Below are positions 39,675 through 52,214 of a stretch of DNA of 64,000 bases, piece after piece. The notes beneath the pieces are model-generated. The model did not search any database, had not been told where the DNA came from, and worked only from the letters and a program-made list of their open reading frames with translations. Source of the DNA: Octopus bimaculoides (Eukaryota); NCBI RefSeq assembly GCF_001194135.2, contig NC_068986.1, positions 50,337,989-50,401,988 of the forward strand, written 5' to 3'. The position numbers and the translations under genes are program-made. The stretch's first letter is position 1; every line of letters starts with the position of its first letter.

Positions 39675-41739
39675 AGAAAAACACCTTACAGACTGTGATA
39701 GCCAAGAAAAATCATTTTGAAATTTACTCTTTCTGTGCAGCCTGGTACCAAATGATCCACAGACCCACACTGGTCTGTGACCCAGTGGCTATGGAATCCT
39801 GCTGTAAAGGATGGGAAAGAGTGTGTACTTAACTGAGGGCAACTCCTTCATTTATATTTACTTCATCTTTGGAGAAACTGACAGTAAAAATAAACTCCAG
39901 CATCTCTGATGAATGAAAATGAATAATTTAAACAAATAGCAGTTTGAATAAAAAAAGGAGGAAAGAAAGTTAAGGTAGCTGTTGTCTTCTCTAGCAATAA
40001 TGAAATCTGATATCATCCTGTGGAAAACAGTGTGTGTGGATTATCCCCTCTGTCCATGTACATCACTCACTTCATTCCTCTCCACACTATCTCCCACTTG
40101 TTTGCCTATTCTCATAAACTTACATTACCTCACCCTGTCTAATCTGTTTCATTCCACTTATTTTCACCTCCCTGTAACTTAAGGGTACACCCCAATACAC
40201 CTTTACCATTATCTTTTTTCCTCTCCTCTATATTTTGTATCTGGGGTAGCCATGTATTTCCTCTACAGAAAGACATTTCTGTCCCTCCTTCTCTCATCAG
40301 CAAGCTCAAAGTCACATCCCTCAACATAACTCCTCTCCCCAGTTAAGGAGTCTTGTCATGCAAATTATTTGGTAACCGTACTGGTGTTGGTACCTCATGA
40401 AAAAGCACCCCCTACACTCTGTAAAGTGGTTGGCATTAAGAGGGGTATCCAGCTGTAGAAACCATGTCAAAACAGGCAGTAGAGCTTGGCACAATTCTCT
40501 GGCTCACCAGCTCCTGTCAAACCAATCAATCCATGCCAGCAAGGAAAACAGACATTAAATGGTGATGATGATGGTGATGAAGTATGACCATGCATAATGG
40601 TGAAACATGATCCACTGGATGTGTAATGTTGACCTTTAACCCAACACACAGTAAAAAATAAACCACAAAAGAAAGAAAAAACAGAGCACTCAAGCCAACA
40701 GAGTAGCTTCTATATGGTCAAAATGAATCTGCTAGAAATAAAAGCTAAATTTTATTAAAATTTTTACCCAGATTTATCATTAAAAACACAGGACAACACA
40801 TTGGATAATGTAGTCCTAGAAACATTACATTTGAATAAAAGCTAGGATCCCTTTGATTGTAAGTCTGTCAGATTAGACCTGATATGGGGCTAACAACCAA
40901 AAGAATACCAATTACAACAACAGTAGCAGCAGTATCAATAACAACAACACACACATGTGAACTGAGAAAGTGTTTGGGCAGCAGAGGCACCGGTTGATTA
41001 GGAGAAATAAATGACTGTGTGCTGGATATAGATCTGTGATGTCTTGGTGAAAAAGGCGCTGTGCACTTGTTGATGAAAAGAGTTAGACAAAAGGAAGGCT
41101 GAAGGTGATATACTTAAGGTGTGAGGAAACCTAATGAAGTTGGGCATCATGGCAGGGGTGATGAGAAAGCTAGGCAGTTGGTAATATGCTTGCTGTACAA
41201 CAGAGCTAGGAAACTAAAATTGACATTGATGAGGATGTTAATATATTTCTTGACCCAGCACTCATAGTCACAGTTTTCTTCAAAGTCCTTTTAACCTAGA
41301 TATGTATGCTGGGTCTGCCACTACACAACGAAGGTACTCGGGCATCCCTTTTACTCCTGATATGTCCACTTTTATGATACTGTCCCATGAGTCTATTCTG
41401 TCATACACTTCTTTGTCTCCACTGTATATTATAACATATCTTTCCAAGGGCGAGGGTGGACAAATTTGAGGCTCCTGTGCGTTTGTGCTTGTGTTTATGT
41501 CAAGTAGGGCATGGAGAGGGTTGGTGTCTGTAGGGAGTGGTTGGGAGCTGGGTGAGTGTGGGATGGGGGGTTTTCCTTTACAGCATGTGCCTTTTTTTCA
41601 CTTTCTTCTCTTTTTCCCAGCTGTTTCCCATTCATTGTCCATCTCCTCTTCTTTGACGCTGGTACTGGTCTGTACCTGTGGTGCCACTTCACTCTCCTTT
41701 TCCTCAACCTCCACGGGTAGTGGTGCACCAGCCACTTTC

Positions 41740-42279
41740 TCACCCTTTTGTCTCTTTAGCTATCTCAAGTGGTGGAGGACAATACGCTCTAATGTGGCCT
41801 TTTAGACCACACTTATAGCACCGCGGAATCCTCCCTTCCAGTCTGACTTTCAGTGTTGCATCTCTGACTGTGATTGTCTCTACCATATTTTCAATGTCTT
41901 CCACAGCAACTTGTACCACCATATCGATGCTTTGTCCTTGCCAGTTCCTATGGGGTGTTCTGGTGACCTGGAGGACCACCACTTTCTCCTCTATGTCCAG
42001 CAGTATGGCAGCTACCAGCCAGGCTACTTCCACTTCTGGGGGTATACCCTCCACCCTAACCCTGGAAGCACGTCTCCCGAGGTATAAGAGTAGAAGAACC
42101 ACTTCATCAATTCTCAGCGGTGTTGCTGAGTGCAGCCTAGCAGTAGCTACCTCCTGAAACTGCACCGCCACTGTTCCAAATTTTCTACCTCTGGCGAGGT
42201 AGGTAATCCCTTGCCAGATTTGTCTAAGTGCCTTTTCTATTTGAGCCTTTGACATGATCTCAATCTTCCTGGCTGCCAC
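41740..42279 (-). pseudogene. LINE (L1/Tx1-like) ORF1 nucleic-acid-binding protein with a CCHC zinc knuckle; frameshifted extensions run over about 41240-42460
   Basis: The 179-aa non-repetitive ORF ends ...VRLEGRIPRCYKCGLKGHIRAYCP (CX2CX4HX4C), preceded by RRM-like segments (GRRASRVRVEGIPPEV). Flanking frames continue with stops and frameshifts. Confidence 0.8.
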
Positions 42280-42734
42280 CGAATTATGTTCTGTAAATTA
42301 TTGTCTTCTCACTTATTTCTTTGGTAGGGGGGGGGGACACCTTCACTTTGTTCCCCTCCCTTTTATGCATTCCTTTGAACTTGCTCACATCCTCCAGCCT
42401 CACGTCTTTGCTTCATTCTTTCGTCATCTTTGCATAATTCTTCGTCTCCATTGCTTCATCCATCTTCTTCAAACACTCCACCATTTCTTTCTTCAGACAA
42501 CACAAGGTCCAAAAAAGGGCAGTTTACAATGTCTGAAGCAGAACAATTCAAACTTTTGCTACTCCTCACTCGATACCCCTCCATTAAACAAGAGGGAAAA
42601 CATCGCACCACCAAGACAACCAAAAAACACGTTACATTCAAAATCCACTATCCAGCTGAGAAACACTATACCGGAAGCAAGCTTCTTACCACACAGCCAC
42701 GCCTATACATATAACATATGTATACATGTGTGTA

Positions 42735-43108
42735 GTGGAGGCACAATGGCCCAGTGTTTAGGGCAGCAGACACACGGTCACAGGATCGCGGTTTCGATTC
42801 CTAGACCGGCCGTTGTGAGTGTTTATTGAGCGAAAAACACCTAAAAGCTCCACGAGGTTCCGGCAGGGGATGATGGCGAACCCTGCTGTACTCTTCCACC
42901 ACAACTTTCTCTCACTCTTACTTCCTGTTTCTGTTGTGCCTGTAATTCAAAGGGTCAGCCTTGTCACACTGTGTCACGCAGAATATACCCGAGAACTACG
43001 TTAAGGGTACACCTGTCTGTGGAGTGCTCAGCCACTTGCACGTTAATTTCACGAGCAAGCTGTTCCGTTGATTGGATCAACAGGAACCCGCGACGGAGTG
43101 ACAACAAC
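42735..43108 (+). mobile_element. SINE family A
   Basis: Full head and (CAA) tail, with a 10-bp TSD acatgtgtgt (42724-42733, 43109-43118). Confidence 0.93.
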
Positions 43109-43713
43109 ACATGTGTGTGGAGGCATGTGGTGTAATGGCAAGGCCATGGGTTCAATTCCCAGTCTGGATGTGTGTTGTGCCCTCGAGCAAAACACTTCGT
43201 TTCACATTGCTCCTTTCTCCTCAGCTGTAAATGGGCAAACCTTGCAATGGACTAGCATTACATTCAAGTAAAACATAGACCTACCTGCCTAGCTAGTAGA
43301 GTAGCATCATTTGTAAGCTAAATAAATTCAAGGAAGCGCATTGTGACCAGTGGTGAGGAACAACATCCGACAGTTGATCCAATACTATAATACTGTGATA
43401 TATTCTTTTTTTCTTTTTACTATCAGACTGTGGCCATACTGGAGCAAGTCTTGAAGAACTTTTAGTTGAATATATCAACTCCAGGACTTACTTTTTAAAA
43501 GTCAGGTACTTATTCTATTGGTTACTTTTGCCGAACAGCTAAGTTATGGGGACATAAAACACACCAACACTGGTCATTAAATTGTGGTAGGGAGGATAAA
43601 CAAGACCCACAGATATATGTAGTAAAAGACATACGCAAGGTTCCACACAGTGGGACTGAACACTGAACCATGAGGTTGGAAGCAAGCTTCTAACCACACA
43701 ACCACGCCTGCAC

Positions 43714-43749
<36 letters not shown>

Positions 43750-43751
<2 letters not shown>

Positions 43752-44013
43752 TTTTACTCTTTTACTTGTTTCAGTCATTTGATTGCGGCCATGCTGGAGC
43801 ACCGCCTTTAGTCGAGCAAATCGACCCCAGGACTTATTCTTTGGAAGCCTAGTACTTATTCTATCAATCTCTTTTGCCGAACCGCTAAGTTACGGGGACG
43901 TACACACACCAGCATCGGTTGTCAAGCGATGCAAGGGGGACAAACACAGACACACATACATATATATATATATATACATATATATATACGACGGGCTTCT
44001 TTCAGTTTCCGTC
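43750..44013 (-). mobile_element. SINE family C, young copy, truncated by a gap
   Basis: Near-consensus with CpGs retained: cttttactcttttacttgtttcagtcatttgattgcggccatgctggagcaccgcc... Confidence 0.93.
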
Positions 44014-45007
44014 NNNNNNNNNNNNNNNNNNNNNNNNNNNNNNNNNNNNNNNNNNNNNNNNNNNNNNNNNNNNNNNNNNNNNNNNNNNNNNNNNNNNNNN
44101 NNNNNNNNNNNNNNNNNNNNNNNNNNNNNNNNNNNNNNNNNNNNNNNNNNNNNNNNNNNNNNNNNNNNNNNNNNNNNNNNNNNNNNNNNNNNNNNNNNNN
44201 NNNNNNNNNNNNNNNNNNNNNNNNNNNNNNNNNNNNNNNNNNNNNNNNNNNNNNNNNNNNNNNNNNNNNNNNNNNNNNNNNNNNNNNNNNNNNNNNNNNN
44301 NNNNNNNNNNNNNNNNNNNNNNNNNNNNNNNNNNNNNNNNNNNNNNNNNNNNNNNNNNNNNNNNNNNNNNNNNNNNNNNNNNNNNNNNNNNNNNNNNNNN
44401 NNNNNNNNNNNNNNNNNNNNNNNNNNNNNNNNNNNNNNNNNNNNNNNNNNNNNNNNNNNNNNNNNNNNNNNNNNNNNNNNNNNNNNNNNNNNNNNNNNNN
44501 NNNNNNNNNNNNNNNNNNNNNNNNNNNNNNNNNNNNNNNNNNNNNNNNNNNNNNNNNNNNNNNNNNNNNNNNNNNNNNNNNNNNNNNNNNNNNNNNNNNN
44601 NNNNNNNNNNNNNNNNNNNNNNNNNNNNNNNNNNNNNNNNNNNNNNNNNNNNNNNNNNNNNNNNNNNNNNNNNNNNNNNNNNNNNNNNNNNNNNNNNNNN
44701 NNNNNNNNNNNNNNNNNNNNNNNNNNNNNNNNNNNNNNNNNNNNNNNNNNNNNNNNNNNNNNNNNNNNNNNNNNNNNNNNNNNNNNNNNNNNNNNNNNNN
44801 NNNNNNNNNNNNNNNNNNNNNNNNNNNNNNNNNNNNNNNNNNNNNNNNNNNNNNNNNNNNNNNNNNNNNNNNNNNNNNNNNNNNNNNNNNNNNNNNNNNN
44901 NNNNNNNNNNNNNNNNNNNNNNNNNNNNNNNNNNNNNNNNNNNNNNNNNNNNNNNNNNNNNNNNNNNNNNNNNNNNNNNNNNNNNNNNNNNNNNNNNNNN
45001 NNNNNNN

Positions 45008-45049
<42 letters not shown>

Positions 45050-45056
<7 letters not shown>

Positions 45057-45333
45057 ATGCTGCAGTTAGAGTACTCGCGCGCACACGCACACAAGCATAC
45101 ACACACGCACACACACACACAAATGCATACACGATGTGCGCGCGCGCGAGACTGATTGACACAACGCCCACAGACTTTGACAATGATTGACAGTGCACAC
45201 CTCACACACACTCATCCGTGTGTGTGAGGTGTGTGTCTGAGGCGTGTGTGCACACAGGTAGATAGATAGATGGACCAGATAGATAGATAGATAGACTGAT
45301 AGATAGATAGATAGGCAGGCAGATAGATAGACT

Positions 45334-45365
<32 letters not shown>

Positions 45366-46210
45366 TGTGTGTATATATAGATATATAGTTAGATCTCTCT
45401 CTCACTATCTCTATATCTCNNNNNNNNNNCACATTGTTACCATTTGGTATTTTTTTACAGTCCCTTCTCGGTTCCCTCTTGTCTCTTTCTTTCTCTCATC
45501 CTCACCGTTTCTCCCTTCTTTCTATCATTTTTGCTTACAGCTTTCGTCTTGCAGGTTATTTACCTTACCTATATATTCTTCTCTATCTCTCTCTCTCTCT
45601 TTCTCTCGCATCCCGATCTGTACATGTGTGTATGTCACAGGAAGACAGAGACAGACAAGAGAACGTGTTAAAGAGAGAGATAAAGAGAGAGAGATGATGG
45701 AAAAGAGAACTGTGTGCTTGTCTGTGTGCACAATGTTATATGTAAATGTATAATAAGGTCCAGCAACAACCTTAAGCCCTCGCCACTCAAAAACAAGAAG
45801 AAAACAAAAAGACAACCCATAACGCACGGCCTTCACAATATATCTATAACAATCATTAGCAGTCCCGTAGAGGAGGAGGAGGACGCGGAGTTTTCTAGTC
45901 ACAAACACCACCACCACCACCATAGAAATCTCTCCCACAACCACCACCTCGTGATAGCGCAGTGGTGGTGGCGGTAGCGGAGGCGGCGTTGGTGGTGGTG
46001 TTGTCAGCGGTGGACCAAGACTGACAGAAGGAAGAAAAAAAAAATATCAGTAGGCCGCGGAACTCCCTTTTCATACGGGGAGAGAGAGAGAGAGGGGGAG
46101 AGAAAGAGAGAGAAAAAGGATGGGAAAAACAGGGTTCCCGTTTCCGTACTGTTTGCATGGGCAATCTCGGCATTAACCAATTATTATTACTACGGCATTG
46201 GAGTAAGATT
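45050..46210 (-). promoter_or_regulatory. Candidate promoter / 5' exon region (CpG-rich, GA tracts)
   Basis: Unique, visibly CpG-rich DNA (gcgcgcgcgcg; ggcggtagcggaggcggcg; ggccgcgg) next to (GA)n tracts, with a minus-strand donor ATAG|GTAAGG at 45569/45568. Orientation and function are inferred. Confidence 0.35.
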
Positions 46211-46557
46211 TAAACGGAGACAGAAATAACAACAATAAGCAACATTACTTGCTACTATTAACACTGTTTATATTACAAGTATCACCTCTACTGCTTTATA
46301 ATACTAAACGGTAATCATCATTAGCATCGTTTTTTATTTGTTTTGTTTATGTTTGTAAATATTTCGTATATTATGTGAGATTATCTATGTGCGTGTGCAT
46401 TATATATATATGTATACTGTATATTTATATCTACTAATACTGTTATAAAATATCAAACTATCAATCTCTGTATGTATATACATGTTTGTGTGTATCTATA
46501 TGTATAACGTATACGCTATATACTTACATATGTGTTTTCATACATAGAACGTATATT

Positions 46558-46616
<59 letters not shown>

Positions 46617-46640
46617 NNNNNNNNNNNNNNNNNNNNNNNN

Positions 46641-46671
<31 letters not shown>

Positions 46672-46679
<8 letters not shown>

Positions 46680-46749
46680 CGCGTATATCTTATGTATACA
46701 TAGCTATATATATATAGCTATGTATACATAAGATATACACGCTTATATA
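46672..46749. repeat. 78-bp near-perfect palindrome
   Basis: Centre at 46710/46711; the arms pair throughout except 46682/46739. Confidence 0.92.
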
Positions 46750-46922
46750 CATGTATATACATAACTATATGTACATGTACATGTAAATGTGCCCGTAAAT
46801 GTGTATGTATAAATATTTTTACAAACATACGTGTATATATATATATATATATATATATACGTCTATGTGTGTGTGTATATATATATACATATTATATACA
46901 CATGCATATTTTTTATATATAA

Positions 46923-46957
<35 letters not shown>

Positions 46958-46981
46958 TAGATATATACATGCATATTTTTT

Positions 46982-47022
<41 letters not shown>

Positions 47023-47334
47023 CACACATCTATGCGTATATGTGCAAACATTTTTGCGTGTGGGCGCACGTATGTGTGTGTATTTTGTAATGCCTATACA
47101 ACACATACTTGTATGTAAAATATGCATTTTAATGTTAAAGGCACATTATTTTACAACACACACACATATATATAATACAAATAATAAATGAGTATGTGCA
47201 TATATACGTACATGTATGTACATACTTACATCTACCTGTATATATAGATACATATCTGGGTACAGGACATTGCAAACAAAACGTAGACAAAATACAGAAA
47301 ACAAGTACAGAAAACACACATACATATATATATG

Positions 47335-47386
<52 letters not shown>

Positions 47387-47944
47387 GTAGCGTAAACGTA
47401 ACGCATGCACTCGTGTAAATCTGGCCGGAATCCTCGTACATCATAACAAGGGAAGTAATTCATGATCTTTATATTCCACGCTCATTCAAATTTTGCTTCC
47501 CTTTTTTTTCTTTCTTTTTCCATAGTTCACGTTTATTTACCAACGATATTTTTTACTGTTATCATCTGCCGGTAACATGTAACGTCCCCCTGCTTTGTCT
47601 GTGTGTGTTTTTGTTTGGCACACACTGTCATAACACGTAACATAACTTCAATACTTGCCCATACATACATTCGTACACACACACACACACCCATTCACTC
47701 ACAATTTGCTTAACGGTGATTTAAGAGATAAAACCTGTCGCAGGTTCGAACATGTCCTACCCCCACTTAGTCTCTAAGCATGTTTTTGTTTCGATTCAGT
47801 ATCGTCCAAAATATTTTACGTATGTGTAACAATCATTAATTAAAAAAAAAAAAAAAAGGTATGCTCATAGAAATACTTTCAAACCAGTGTTGTAGTTCTT
47901 AGCCCCGTGGTCTATTTACCACACTTACGACAATTGCTGTGTGA

Positions 47945-48090
47945 AGGCATGGCCACACAAAGCAAGTTGCACGGGGGCCCCGTGGCTCTGGGGCTTAATG
48001 TATGCTGTGACGGTGTATGCAGCGGCCCCAGTGCAATGCTTTGCCCGGAAGGTAAGGAGCGACGGTTACAAAGCCGTTAAGTCAGCCCTA
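47945..48090. mobile_element. Degenerate PIF/Harbinger-type MITE
   Basis: ggccccagtgcaatgctttgccc...gccgttaagtcagccct resembles the recalled GGGGCCCCAGTGCACTGCTTTGCCC...GTTAAGACGGCCCT terminus. There is an internal inverted repeat caaagca..ttgcac.ggggcc / ggcccc.gtgcaa.tgctttg. Confidence 0.55.
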
Positions 48091-48178
48091 CCTGTGACCA
48101 AAACGTGTTCCAGTAATGATCAACCCGCTCAGTGAGGGGTTAAGGGGTTTATACATTGTGTGTGTGTTGTTATAACTG

Positions 48179-48237
48179 GGGATGGTCATATTTTTGCCAA
48201 TTAACCACACGCACCATGGCAAAAATATGACCGTACC
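48179..48237. ncRNA. Pre-miRNA-sized hairpin (candidate)
   Basis: atggtcatatttttgcca (48182-48199) pairs with tggcaaaaatatgaccgt (48217-48234): 18 bp with one G:U, a 17-nt loop, and 2 extra basal G-C pairs. Confidence 0.3.
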
Positions 48238-48465
48238 GAAATAACAATGTCTGCTCCAAGACACGATTTCACACCAGGAATCTTGCGAAACAAATACATA
48301 GACGTCTACACACACACACACACATACATTTTAGGGTTTTAAAAGTCATGGCCGGCCGTAGAGTGACCACTGCGATCACTATCACCATTTAACTTCCTAA
48401 AAAATTCATTACTGTCCTAATGTTTTAGATTATGCTTCTTCTTTCGGATTTGTTTTCTTTACAAA

Positions 48466-48502
<37 letters not shown>

Positions 48503-48519
48503 AAAGAAAAAAAAGCAAA

Positions 48520-48564
48520 GGACCACTGATGAGGTCACAGAAGTGTGACGAAAGAACTCTGGCC
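48520..48564 (+). ncRNA. Type I hammerhead ribozyme-like motif, degenerate
   Basis: ggacca-CTGATGA-g-gtcaca[gaag]tgtgac-GAAA-g-aa-c-TC-tggcc. It has the core boxes, a 6-bp helix II and helix I cca/tgg, but one extra G before helix II and a 2-nt loop III. Confidence 0.55.
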
Positions 48565-48608
48565 GAAATAGGATTAATGTAATGTAATATAAAGCTGANN
48601 NNNNNNNN

Positions 48609-48656
<48 letters not shown>

Positions 48657-49100
48657 GACACCGATTTTCTTGATACTGATGTCCGGAACCTCTTGTAATC
48701 CGCTAATCTGCACTAATCTACGACCAGAAACTTCAAATTCCCGTGGGCACCGGACTAATTTACTGGTATCTTTTACAAACTAGGTAGTACCTTGCACAGT
48801 TCAGTATTAATCAACTTGTATCATTTACACTAATATACAGGTAGCTGTATTTCATTTAATTATGTAAGTAAATTTAGTATGTAATGTAGAATGCGTTGAC
48901 CAATGTCCGGTAAAAGGCTGTAGAAACAATCGATCCAGAAAATCGATGTGTGTAAGTGTTTTTGTATGTGTCCTCACCGCCCACACCGCATGGACAGTCG
49001 GTGCTGGTTTGTTTACGATCCCGTAACTTAGTTTATATATCAAAGTATTATATTCTCATGTGTCTCCCCAACTTGCTTTTCTTTTCTGTTTTTATTGAAG

Positions 49101-49161
49101 CTGGAGGTTGAACGTTGATAGTGAAGACCTCCCCCCTCGTTCGCTCAACGTAAAGATGTGT
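49101..49161 (+). other. Candidate 61-nt exon
   Basis: Pyrimidine tract cttttcttttctgtttttattgaAG| and donor |GTGAGT. One frame is open (WRLNVDSEDLPPRSLNVKMC). No homology recognised. Confidence 0.25.
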
Positions 49162-49379
49162 GTGAGTGGTTACACGCAAACAATTTTGTTTTACATGTGT
49201 TTATTTACGTTCAAAAGTTTTAATGACTCATCCAAAGCTATCGCTGTGTGCGTGCTTTCGATAAACACTTTACAAGTATTAAAATGTATATTTTTCTTAC
49301 GGGTTTTATCAACTGAATGTTTACCAACATAGACTATCACTAGTTTCCTCTGATCCCCTATACATATATTTTAAAATTC

Positions 49380-50656
49380 TACATGGCTGTGTGTCTAAGA
49401 ACCACGTGGTTTCACTTTCAGTCTCATTGTGCGATATCTTGGGCAAGTGTCTTTTTTTTTTTTTCTATTATAATCCTGCCTTGTGAGTGAATTTGGTGGA
49501 CGGAAACTGTGTGTGTGTGGGTGGGGTGAAAGAGAGAGAGAGAGAGAGTCCGTGCGTCTTAGTTCAATCTGCTTTGCTCTCCAATACCGCTTGACAATCG
49601 GTGCTGGTTTGTTTATGTCCCCGTTAGTTAGAGGTTCAGCCAAAGAGACTGATAGTATAAGTATCAGAATTTAAAAATAAGTACTAGGGCCGATGTGCTC
49701 CACTGAATCCTTCGAGGTGGTGCCCCAGCTTGGCCGCAGCTCAAATTACTGAAACAAATAAAAGATAAATCTTTTATATATATACTGCAACTTCAGGTCA
49801 ACCCTGACTGACACTGACCCATGATCAAAGGCTTTCTAGCCATGACCATCTCGTCTATGTATAAGATACAATCATATCAGGTTTACTTTCTCCTGTTTGC
49901 TCCCATACCCCCACACTCGTTTCTAAAATGGTATGGTGTGGTTTGAGGGAGATTTGGCTGCTATTTCCAAAAAGTGAAAGGACCACGTTTCATGCTGGTA
50001 TTGCTTAGCCCCAACTCAGCTTCAACTGAGTGACTCATCATCAGATGTTTTATTTTCCATGTGTACTTCCATTGTTAAGACTTTAGGGTGTGATTTGAGG
50101 GAGCTTTGACTGCTTTTTCTAGCAGGGCGATCCACCACAGAGAAGCTCCCTTATTGACCACCACATGTTATTTGTTAATGCTGTTGTTTGATCTTTTATC
50201 TTTTACTTGTTTCAACCATTAGACTGTAGCCATGCTGGGCACCATCTTGGAGAGTTTTTTTAGTCAATTGAAATAACCCTATTATTTTCTTTTTAAAGCC
50301 TGGTACTTATTGTATCGATTTCTTTTGTTGAACCTCTAAGTTATGGAAACGTAAACACACCAACACTGGTTGTTAAACAGTGGTGGGAGACAAACACAGG
50401 CTTATAAACACACACACATACTCTTTTCTTTTATTCTTTTACTTGTTTCAATCATTTGACTGCAGCCATGCTGGAGCACCATCTTGTAAGATTTTAATCG
50501 AGCCAATCAACCCTAGGACTTATTTTTTTAAAGCCTGGTACTTATTCTATCATTCTCTTTTGCTGAACCACTAAGTTACAGAGACACACACACGCCAAGA
50601 CCAGTTGTCAAGCAGTGATGGTTGGGGAACAAACACAGACGCAAAGATACACACAC

Positions 50657-50697
<41 letters not shown>

Positions 50698-51290
50698 CAA
50701 CGGGCTTCTTTCAGTTTCTGTCTACAAAATCCATTCACAAGGCTTTGGTCAGTGGCTAGAGTAGAAGACACTTGCCCAAGTTGCCATGCATGGGACTGAA
50801 CCCAGAACCAGGTGGTTGGGAAGCAAACTTCTTACCACACAGCCATGCCTGCACCTAGAGATAAAAGCAAATGTAATGTAGGGTGGAATATAAATATATT
50901 GTAAAGATTAAATTAATCAGGTGCAGGCATGGCAGTAAAAAACTTGCTTTGTAGTCATGTGGTTTTGGGATCAATCCCACCATGCAGCACCTCGGGCAAG
51001 AGTCTTCCGCTATAGCTCCAGGCTAACCAATGCCATGTGAGTGAATATGGTTGATGGAAACTGTATGGAAGCCCATCATGTGTGTCTATGTCTGTTCCTC
51101 AGTATATTTGACAACTGATGGTGGTTTGTTTACATCCTCATAACTTAGCAGTTTGACAACAAAGACCAACGGAATACATATGGGGCTTAAAATTTAGCAC
51201 CGGAATCAGCTTCTTTGACTAAATACTTCAACGTGATGCCCCAGCATGGCCACAACCCAATCTCTGAAACAAGTAAAAGATAGAAGATAA
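49380..51290. mobile_element. Cluster of SINE C copies: about 49380-49770 (+), 50190-50400 (-), 50425-50857 (-), 50920-51290 (+)
   Basis: Repeated family C head (tggctgtgtggtaag / cttaccacacagcca) and tail (actgaaacaagtaaaaga) motifs. Confidence 0.85.
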
Positions 51291-51452
51291 ACTGATCATC
51301 CATGGCTAAGACAACTTAAAGTTGTTCTATTAAGACATAATCGTTTTGAGTAGCAAGTGAGTATGATGTGTAAATATATGCCCCACTGCTGTAAGAAGGT
51401 GGAGCACAGTTTAATTGACAAGTGTTTTGTTAGTTCGTAATACTGAGATGTC

Positions 51453-52140
51453 GTGGAGGCGCAATGGCCCAGTGGTTAGGGCAGCGGACTCGCGGTCATA
51501 GGATCACGGTTTCGATTCCCAGACCGGGCGGTGCGAGTGTTTATTGAGCGAAAGCACCTAAAGCTCCACGAGGCTCTGGCAGGGGATGGTGGCGAACCCT
51601 GCTGTACTCTTTCACCACAACTTTCTCTCACTCTTACTTCCTGTTTCTGTTGTGCCTATAATTCAAAGGGTCAGCCTTGTCACACTCTGTGTCATGCTGA
51701 ATATCCCAGAGAACTACGTTAAGGGTACACCTGTCTGTGGAGTGCTCAGCCACTTGCACGTTAATTTCACGAGCAGGCTGTTCCGTTGANNNNNNNNNNC
51801 ACGGTTTCGATTCCCAGACCGGGCGGTGCGAGTGTTTATTGAGCGAAAGCACCTAAAGCTCCACGAGGCTCTGGCAGGGGATGGTGGCGAACCCTGCTGT
51901 ACTCTTTCACCACAACTTTCTCTCACTCTTACTTCCTGTTTCTGTTGTGCCTATAATTCAAAGGGTCAGCCTTGTCACACTCTGTGTCATGCTGAATATC
52001 CCAGAGAACTACGTTAAGGGTACACCTGTCTGTGGAGTGCTCAGCCACTTGCACGTTAATTTCACGAGCAGGCTGTTCCGTTGATCGGATCAACTGGAAC
52101 CCTCGACGTCGTAAGCGACGGAGTGCCAACACACACACAC
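51453..52140 (+). mobile_element. SINE family A, one copy shown twice across a 10-N gap
   Basis: A 13-bp TSD aatactgagatgt (51439-51451, 52141-52153) encloses both halves, which share identical private mutations. Confidence 0.9.
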
Positions 52141-52214
52141 AATACTGAGATGTAATTATGTGGTCAGGCATTTGTACACTGAACACTGACACAAGTGCCA
52201 AATTTTGGTAGACC

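Noticed and set aside
47894-48054. Plus-strand exon ending at GAAG|GTAAGG with an open frame
   Set aside because: It lies within a degenerate Harbinger-like MITE with internal inverted repeats, and the peptide has no recognisable homology.
51500-52083. Apparent tandem duplication of a SINE A
   Set aside because: The two halves are identical, including private mutations, and are separated by a 10-N placeholder inside one TSD pair. This is an unmerged contig overlap.
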